Below are positions 17,758 through 24,077 of a DNA stretch of 24,077 nt, piece by piece. Source of the DNA: an uncultured Candidatus Epulonipiscium sp. GTDB lineage: Bacteria; Bacillota; Clostridia; Lachnospirales; Cellulosilyticaceae. Positions within the stretch are counted from its first letter, which is position 1, and every line of letters starts with the position of its first letter. The notes under the pieces are model-generated. The model was not told where the DNA came from and ran no database searches. It was given only the letters and a program-made list of their open reading frames with translations. The stretch spans positions 1 through 24,077 of the forward strand of contig CAYUEJ010000003.1 of NCBI GenBank assembly GCA_964442565.1, read 5' to 3'. A program made the translations under genes and the position numbers.

Positions 17758-17856
17758 GTACATCCGCTCCTTTGCTTAGTAGTTGCATTATTTAAATATT
17801 TAGTTAATTGATATTATAGTATCAAACAAATACTAAATAGTCAACACTAAAAAAGG

Positions 17857-18639
17857 TTATTTTACCATTCTTTGTCTAACCACTTCAAACATGCATATTC
17901 CTGCTGCAATTGATGCATTTAACGATTCCGCCCCTCCAGGCATTGGAATTTTAATAAAGCTTGGAACCATATTACGGGTTACCTCACTTATTCCATTAGC
18001 CTCATTACCAATCACTATAGCGGTCTTTTGTGTATAATCATAGTCATATAATATTTTACTTTCTTCTAAAGAGGTTGCATATATATTGGTTTTTGCATCT
18101 GTTAGGCTATTAATAATATACTCCATATCCATATCAATAATTACAGGTATATGAAATATAGACCCCATGGTAGCCCTTACTGTTTTAGGGTTATATAGGT
18201 CTACGCACCCCCTAGATAAAAATATTCCATCTGCATTACTTGCATGGGCTGTTCTTATTAATGTCCCAAGGTTACCTGGGTCATTAATAAGATCTGCTAC
18301 AATAAAAAAACCCTTATCTTTTTGAATAATATCTTCTAATTTATAATCTAGCTGGGAAACCACTGCTAATATTCCCTGTGGCGTTTTTGTATCTGAAATA
18401 GCCTCAAATACACTATCTGATACTTCTATAAAAGGGGCATTCTTATTTATAATAATTTTATCAATTTGTGAAATAAGGCTCTTAGCTACAACATATTTAT
18501 GTATATTCCAGTTAGTTGGTATTTCCCTAACAGCCCTAAGACCCTCAACAATAAATACTTGTTGGTTATTTCTCTCTTTTTTCTTCTTTTGAAGAAGTTG
18601 TAGTTCTTTTATAAGTGGATTTTGGTTACTTGTAATCAT
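17857..18639 (-). CDS. TrmH/SpoU family RNA methyltransferase
   Basis: MITSNQNPLIK, FIVEG, TPQGILAV, DPGNLGTLIRTA, RATMGS, IGNEANG and AESLNASIAAGI (SPOUT) motifs. Confidence 0.95.
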   Translation of the reverse strand: MITSNQNPLIKELQLLQKKKKERNNQQVFIVEGLRAVREIPTNWNIHKYVVAKSLISQIDKIIINKNAPFIEVSDSVFEAISDTKTPQGILAVVSQLDYKLEDIIQKDKGFFIVADLINDPGNLGTLIRTAHASNADGIFLSRGCVDLYNPKTVRATMGSIFHIPVIIDMDMEYIINSLTDAKTNIYATSLEESKILYDYDYTQKTAIVIGNEANGISEVTRNMVPSFIKIPMPGGAESLNASIAAGICMFEVVRQRMVK

Positions 18640-18670
18640 TATGACACACCTTTACTATAATTATACTTGT

Positions 18671-19321
18671 TTAACTAAATTGCTCTATTTTCTTATTAGC
18701 CCCAACTACAACCAAGATATCATTTTTTAGTAATAAAAAATCTGGACCTGGCGTGATTGAAATTTCCTTATCTCTTTCTATAGCAATTACATTAATACCA
18801 TATGCGGCCCTCATATTAATTTCCCTGATTGTTTTACCATTCCACGCTGGTAAAGAAACAATCTCCACTATGCTATACTCTGGTGATAGCTGAATATGCT
18901 CTACAATACTTCCTGATATTAAACTATTTGCAATTCTCACCCCCATATCCTGCTCAGGTGAGATAATCTTATCTGCCCCTAGTTTTTGTAATACTTTCTC
19001 ATGAAGATCACTACTTGCTTTTGCAACTACATATTGTATTCCCATCTCTTTAAGCAATAGTGTAACCATTATACTTGACTGAATATCACGCCCTATAGCA
19101 ACTATAGCTATATCAAAATTTCTTATACCTAATGAATTTAAGGTATCAACATCTGTAACATCTGCCTGGACTGCATGGGTTACAACTGATGATATCTCCT
19201 GAATAACTTCCTCATTGATATCTATGGCCATAACTTCATAACCTGATTCTGCCAGCGTTGTTGCAACACTAACCCCAAAACGGCCTAAGCCTATTACTAC
19301 GAATTGCTTATTTTTTAGCAT
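18671..19321 (-). CDS. ktrA: Ktr/Trk potassium uptake NAD-binding subunit (KtrA/TrkA family)
   Basis: VIGLGRFG Rossmann motif, RCK_N plus RCK_C domains, PEQDMG. Confidence 0.92.
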   Translation of the reverse strand: MLKNKQFVVIGLGRFGVSVATTLAESGYEVMAIDINEEVIQEISSVVTHAVQADVTDVDTLNSLGIRNFDIAIVAIGRDIQSSIMVTLLLKEMGIQYVVAKASSDLHEKVLQKLGADKIISPEQDMGVRIANSLISGSIVEHIQLSPEYSIVEIVSLPAWNGKTIREINMRAAYGINVIAIERDKEISITPGPDFLLLKNDILVVVGANKKIEQFS

Positions 19322-19334
19322 AATTATTCTCCTT

Positions 19335-20708
19335 TTATACTATTATTTTTTCCTCTGGATACTGAATTGCATTTTTACTATTTCCTTGTTTAACCATTAT
19401 GGCCACAACCATAGTAACCGGGCCAAGCCTTCCTATAAACATATCTATTATTATTATTCCTTTTCCTATAACTGATAAATTCGGTGTAATACCTAGTGTT
19501 GATCCTACTGTAGCAAATCCCGATACTGCCTCAAATAAAAGGTCAATAAACTGTGCATCCTCTGTAAATGAGAGAATAATTGTAATTCCCAAGACTACTG
19601 CAAGTGCAATCATAATTACTGCTAAGGCCCTTAAAATTGCCTTTAAAGGTATTTTCCTTTGGAATGCCTCTATGGATTCCTTTCCTTTGACAGTAGATAT
19701 GGTACATAAGACTAGAATCCCGGCTGCAATAGTTTTAATCCCACCTGCAGTTCCTGCCGGCGACCCACCTATAAACATTAAAATTATCATCATAAATTTA
19801 GATGAATCTTTCATTGCATTTAAGTCAATCGTATTAAAACCTGCGGTTCTTGGCGATACCGACTGAAAAAAGGCAGCGAATATCTTATCAGCAAGCGGAA
19901 GTCCTCCTAGTGTGCCAGGATTGTTAAACTCTGCTATTAAAAAGAATAAAAAACCGCCTACAATTAAATATAAGGTAATTGTAAGGACTAATTTCGTATG
20001 GAGTGCTAGCTTATCAAATGCTTGTTTCCATGTAAATCTTTTGTTCATCTTCATCTTTGACTTCACACCATGTATTATATCCATCCATACACCAAACCCT
20101 AAACCACCCAAAATTATAAGCCCTGATATGGTAAAGTTTATAATAGGACTGCCTACATAAGGTGATAGGCTAGAATCTCCAACAATATCAAATCCTGCAT
20201 TACAAAATCCTGATATAGAGTGAAAAACAGAATACCAAGCCCCTTTTAAAAAACCGTATTCTGGTATAAATTTAAGCGATAATAAAAGTGCCCCAATCCC
20301 CTCTACCAATAAGGTTCCTTTTACAATTGTTTTAGTAAACTTAACAACCCCTGCAGTTGTATCTCTACCTAAAGCCTCCTGCATAATTAATCTATCTTTT
20401 AAAGTGATTTTTTTACCTAATAGTACAAAAAGCATACTAACCAAAGTCATAAATCCAAGCCCACCTATTTGGATAAGCGATATAATGACTATTTTACCAA
20501 ACAAGCTCCAATGGGCATAGGTGTTGACCACAATAAGCCCCGTTACACATACTGCTGATGTTGCGGTAAATAAGGCATCTAAATATGATATACTTTGATT
20601 ATTATTACTTGCTATTGGCAATGATAATAGGAGGGAGCCTATTATTATCACTATTAGAAAGCCTATTACTAATATTCTTGCTGGCCCTAAACTTACTTTT
20701 TGTTTCAT
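19335..20708 (-). CDS. ktrB: Ktr/Trk potassium uptake membrane subunit (KtrB/TrkH family)
   Basis: ALFTATSAVCVTGL, IQIGGLGFMT, FHSISGFCNAGF, RTAGFNT, GSPAGTAGGIK and MFIGRLGP motifs. Confidence 0.93.
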   Translation of the reverse strand: MKQKVSLGPARILVIGFLIVIIIGSLLLSLPIASNNNQSISYLDALFTATSAVCVTGLIVVNTYAHWSLFGKIVIISLIQIGGLGFMTLVSMLFVLLGKKITLKDRLIMQEALGRDTTAGVVKFTKTIVKGTLLVEGIGALLLSLKFIPEYGFLKGAWYSVFHSISGFCNAGFDIVGDSSLSPYVGSPIINFTISGLIILGGLGFGVWMDIIHGVKSKMKMNKRFTWKQAFDKLALHTKLVLTITLYLIVGGFLFFLIAEFNNPGTLGGLPLADKIFAAFFQSVSPRTAGFNTIDLNAMKDSSKFMMIILMFIGGSPAGTAGGIKTIAAGILVLCTISTVKGKESIEAFQRKIPLKAILRALAVIMIALAVVLGITIILSFTEDAQFIDLLFEAVSGFATVGSTLGITPNLSVIGKGIIIIDMFIGRLGPVTMVVAIMVKQGNSKNAIQYPEEKIIV

Positions 20709-20898
20709 TTTTGTTACCCCTCTTTTATACTATCCTTACTATAAATGTGTTATAACATATTATACCCTTTTTTATGATTATAGCATATTAAGTTTTTATT
20801 ATCTAAACTGTATTTGAGGCAATATTGTCGGTTTTTGCTATACCTAGTTTTCTTTTTTAGGTTTTTACTGTATAATAGGTAAATATGGAGGTGTTTGT

Positions 20899-22083
20899 GT
20901 GGAAGTTCAAAATAATATTGTAATAGTCGGTGGTTGTATCGCTGCAAAAGAAGCAGCTAATGCTATTCTGAAAAATGATTTGCTAGCAAATATTACTATT
21001 ATAAGCTCGGAAGCTTATTTGCCTTATTACAGACCTATGCTTTCACGTGCTATAGGCCAAGAACCTGATAAATCAAGATTTTATTTAGCTCCTAGGTCAT
21101 GGTACGAAGAAAATAATATAAATCTGGTCTTAGGCACAGAGATATCTAAGGTTATACCAGAAGATAATATAGTTGTTTCAACCAATGGAGATTCTTATAG
21201 CTATACCCAGCTACTTATAGCAACAGGTTCAAGTAATTTTATACCTATACCTAATGCAACAGATATAGATGGTGTTATATCTATTCGTGATTATAATGAT
21301 ATAACTAAGCTACGCAACATATTGCCTCGTGTAAAGAAAGCCATAGTTGTAGGTAGCGGGCTTTTAGGAATAGAAGCAGCCTGGGAACTACAACAGCAAA
21401 ATATCGATGTAACATTAATGGAGTTTGCACCACATGTACTTCCTAAACAACTAGATAACCAGGCATCTGATTTCTTATCTAAGCATATTAATGGGCTAGG
21501 TACGGATATAACTTGTGGCTGCGCCGCTCAAAGTATATTAGAAGAAGATGGTTCTATTATTGGCGTTAAATGCTCCGATGGTGCAGATTATCCTTGTGAT
21601 TTACTTATATTTTCAGTTGGTGCACTTCCTAACATAGCCTTAGTTAAGGATACCAATATTTTAACTAATAGAGGAATTATTGTTGATAATAATATGAGAA
21701 CTAATATCCCAAATATTTACGCAGCTGGCGACGTTGCCGAGAATGAATACAACTCTTCTGGCTTATGGCTTCCTGCTATGGAAATGGGCAAGGTTGCCGG
21801 TGCTAATATAGCAAATCAAGAGGCATCCTATAAACCAGTATTTACAACAACAATGTTAACCGCTTTTGATACTAGAATCTTTTCCATAGGTGAAATCCCT
21901 ACTGGAGATGATATTAAAACAGAGGCTATTATAGACCCTGACAATAGATTTTTTAAAAAGTTATTTGCTAGGGATAATATATTAATAGGTGCTATCCTTA
22001 TAGGTGATATTTCACAAGGGACACGCCTTACTAAAAGTCTTGGTACAAAAACCTTAGAGGAAGCCAAAGAACTTATTGCATAA
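20899..22083 (+). CDS. FAD-dependent NAD(P)H oxidoreductase, probable NAD(P)H:rubredoxin oxidoreductase
   Basis: PYYRPMLS, LLIATGS, VGSGLLGIEAA, RGIIVD...TNIPNIYAAGDVAE; directly upstream of rubredoxin; GTG start after GGAGG. Confidence 0.85.
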   Translation: MEVQNNIVIVGGCIAAKEAANAILKNDLLANITIISSEAYLPYYRPMLSRAIGQEPDKSRFYLAPRSWYEENNINLVLGTEISKVIPEDNIVVSTNGDSYSYTQLLIATGSSNFIPIPNATDIDGVISIRDYNDITKLRNILPRVKKAIVVGSGLLGIEAAWELQQQNIDVTLMEFAPHVLPKQLDNQASDFLSKHINGLGTDITCGCAAQSILEEDGSIIGVKCSDGADYPCDLLIFSVGALPNIALVKDTNILTNRGIIVDNNMRTNIPNIYAAGDVAENEYNSSGLWLPAMEMGKVAGANIANQEASYKPVFTTTMLTAFDTRIFSIGEIPTGDDIKTEAIIDPDNRFFKKLFARDNILIGAILIGDISQGTRLTKSLGTKTLEEAKELIA

Positions 22084-22156
22084 AAACTATATTTCAGTTT
22101 ATAATATGTCTTAAGACAGATTATAATATAAATCAAAACAAAAGGAGAGATAAATT

Positions 22157-22315
22157 ATGGAAAATTGGGTATGCTTAGTATGTGGATATGTATATGTTCC
22201 TGCAGATGGTGATCCAGATAACGGCGTTGAGCCAGGTACATCATTTGAGAATGTTCCTGAAGAATGGGTTTGTCCACTTTGCGGAGTAGGCAAAGATCAA
22301 TTCGAACAAGAATAA
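22157..22315 (+). CDS. Rubredoxin
   Basis: Below the ORF-track size cut-off. Hand translation: [52 protein letters not shown] (52 aa, two CxxC motifs); RBS AAAGGAG. Confidence 0.96.
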   Translation: MENWVCLVCGYVYVPADGDPDNGVEPGTSFENVPEEWVCPLCGVGKDQFEQE

Positions 22316-22322
22316 TAAAGTA

Positions 22323-22385
22323 GCAGATAGGTCCTTTTTGAGGCAGACAACTCACGTTGAAAAGCCCCAAAAAGGACCTATTTGC
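22323..22385 (+). repeat. Long hairpin, family A
   Basis: 22-bp arms GCAGATAGGTCCTTTTTGAGGC and GCCCCAAAAAGGACCTATTTGC (2 mismatches); loop AGACAACTCACGTTGAAAA. Confidence 0.88.
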
Positions 22386-22435
22386 CATAACTATTGTTCG
22401 TCAGGAAAGCAGATTTTTTTACCAGAGATAAATAT

Positions 22436-22511
22436 AATGGGAGGATAGGTTATAAAGCAATACTTTTGCACCGTTAAGGCGTGTGTATTGCGTATAACCC
22501 ATCCTCCCATT
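22436..22511 (-). repeat. Long hairpin, family A
   Basis: Arms 22436-22463 and 22485-22511 (about 27 bp); the loop on the minus strand is ACACGCCTTAACGGTGCAAAA; begins a few nt after the pyk stop. Confidence 0.9.
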
Positions 22512-22517
22512 CTTATA

Positions 22518-24077
22518 TTACTTAGCTGGTTTTTTTACAGGTTCACCACTAAAGATGTATCCTTGGTTACTATCTATTGTTATAAGAGTATTATGATGTA
22601 TATGCTCTGTTGCGTTCCTTGCACCTGTTATAACTGGTATATCAAGGGCCCGTGCCACTATTACTGCATGGTTTGTCTCTTCTGGCGAATCATCTTCTAC
22701 TATAATACCACTTGCACGCTTCATATATGGTAAAAGTGAATTATCTGTCTTCGTTGTAACTAAAATGCTTCCGTTCTTAAAATATTTATCTGCCTCAGCT
22801 AATACTTTAACAACACTTGATTTTCCTGTTACTATTTTTTTACCAAAACCACTACCTTTGGTAAGCACGTTTCCCACGTGTTGAACTCTTAGCACGTTAG
22901 TTGTACCTGATACTCCCACAGGAGCACCTGCTGTAATAACAACCAAGTCTCCTTGCTTAGCTAATCCAAGTTCTTCTGCCCTAGTAATGGCAGTTTCAAA
23001 AATTTCATCGGTTGTTGCTTTATCTTCAATTAATACTGGCCAGCATCCCCATGCTAAATTAAGCTGATTTAGTACACGCTCATCTGTTGTACATGCAATA
23101 ACTGGGCAATGTGGCTTGTATTTAGATACTGCATAAGCAGTGTAGCCTGATTTAGTTATAGTTATGATACTTGCTGCTTCTAGTTCTTCTGCCGTTCTGC
23201 AAGTCGCATGGCTAATAGCATTAGTGATGCTTATTTCCATTGCTTTTTCGTTAATAGGTTCATTATACTGAGATGCACTTTCTGCGCTTTCTGCTATACG
23301 TGACATCATCTGGATTGCCTCTAATGGGTAGTCCCCTTGAGCTGTTTCCCCTGATAACATAATTGCAGATGTACCATCAAAAATAGCATTTGCAACGTCA
23401 CTAGCTTCCGCTCTTGTAGGACGTGGGTTTCTAATCATTGAATCTAGCATTTGTGTAGCTGTAATAACTACTCTGCCTTTGGCATTAGCTTTTTCGATTA
23501 GGTATTTCTGAACTATTGGCACTTCTTCTGGTGGAATCTCAACACCTAGGTCTCCACGTGCAACCATTATAGCGTCTGCAACTTGAAGGATTTCATCGAT
23601 ATTCTCAACTCCATCACGGTTTTCAATCTTGGCTATAATATTAAGGTGTGAACCATTATTTTCTTCAAGTATTTGACGAATTTTAAGTAAGTCTGCTGCG
23701 TTTCTAACAAAGGATACAGCAATAAAATCAAATCCAGCAGTAATACCAAATTTTATATCTTCTATATCTTTCTCTGTAAGGGCTGGAAGATTTACAAATA
23801 CATCTGGTATATTAATACCTTTACGAGAACTGATTACCCCAGGGTTTTCAACTATACATTCAACTTCTGTATCCGTTAGGTTTTTAACCCTCAGCTCAAT
23901 TAACCCATCATCTATAAGAACACGGCTTCCCCTTTGAAGATCATAAGGAAGGTTTTTGTAAGTTACACTTACCCTATCTTTGTCCCCTTCAATCTCTTCT
24001 GTAGTTAAAGTAAATGTATCCCCTAGGTTAAGCTTAATCTCAGCATTATCCTTAAAAGCACCTGTACGAATCTCTGG
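22518..24077 (-). CDS. pyk: Pyruvate kinase with C-terminal PEP-utilising swivel domain; 5' end beyond the window
   Basis: The frame stays open upstream of the ORF-track start (IIAKIENRDGVENIDEILQVADAIMVARGDLG) to the window edge (PEIRTG). TQMLDSM, PRPTRAEASDVANA, MLSGETA and G.SGTTN motifs. Confidence 0.97.
   Translation of the reverse strand, partial: PEIRTGAFKDNAEIKLNLGDTFTLTTEEIEGDKDRVSVTYKNLPYDLQRGSRVLIDDGLIELRVKNLTDTEVECIVENPGVISSRKGINIPDVFVNLPALTEKDIEDIKFGITAGFDFIAVSFVRNAADLLKIRQILEENNGSHLNIIAKIENRDGVENIDEILQVADAIMVARGDLGVEIPPEEVPIVQKYLIEKANAKGRVVITATQMLDSMIRNPRPTRAEASDVANAIFDGTSAIMLSGETAQGDYPLEAIQMMSRIAESAESASQYNEPINEKAMEISITNAISHATCRTAEELEAASIITITKSGYTAYAVSKYKPHCPVIACTTDERVLNQLNLAWGCWPVLIEDKATTDEIFETAITRAEELGLAKQGDLVVITAGAPVGVSGTTNVLRVQHVGNVLTKGSGFGKKIVTGKSSVVKVLAEADKYFKNGSILVTTKTDNSLLPYMKRASGIIVEDDSPEETNHAVIVARALDIPVITGARNATEHIHHNTLITIDSNQGYIFSGEPVKKPAK

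Noticed and set aside
20709-20898. c-di-AMP (ydaO) riboswitch upstream of ktrB
   Set aside because: The spacer is very AT-rich, with no recognisable conserved motifs or paired regions.
11795-22511. Integron attC or IS-end interpretation of the hairpins
   Set aside because: No conserved RYYYAAC/GTTRRRY ends, no cassette-like gene array, and no integrase or transposase in the window; the flanking genes are housekeeping.
1871-22733. Remaining short ORF-track entries antisense to or nested in identified genes (e.g. 3420-3806, 8894-9187, 13386-13679, 19399-19866, 22155-22388)
   Set aside because: They overlap well-supported housekeeping genes or repeats and show no protein-family motifs.
22518-23567. 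Apparently truncated pyruvate kinase in the ORF track
   Set aside because: The frame is open to the window edge; the true start lies outside, so it is not a pseudogene.

Overview
AT-rich chromosomal housekeeping region of a Clostridia-type (Bacillota) bacterium; the taxonomy is inferred from gene content and order. Left to right: a YtrA/GntR-controlled ABC exporter operon with two paralogous permeases (the last runs off the left edge); the conserved hemZ - MBL hydrolase - dtd - relA - apt - recJ block; an oppositely oriented S1-domain gene; secF-secD and a TIGR04086-like membrane protein; a PHP phosphoesterase; asnS; a small TPR-like protein; a TrmH methyltransferase; KtrAB/Trk K+ uptake genes; an FAD/NAD oxidoreductase plus rubredoxin; and pyruvate kinase (runs off the right edge). 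No transposase, integrase, Cas, rRNA or tRNA gene is visible. The unexplained signal is non-coding. All three convergent gene junctions carry long hairpins (21-28 bp arms) whose outer arms are unrelated in sequence but whose 19-23 nt loops share one asymmetric motif (ANA-CRVC-N4-5-GBYG-(Y)-AAAA, with a covarying apical mini-stem). There are six complete copies and one stemless copy. At the PHP/asnS junction they form a mosaic with a 28-bp direct repeat and an inverted copy of the asnS 3' end. A second palindromic repeat (GGGGACGGTTC/GAACCGTCCCC) occurs as a full hairpin and as a half-site with a 13-bp triplication. Function and novelty cannot be settled without genome-wide searches.
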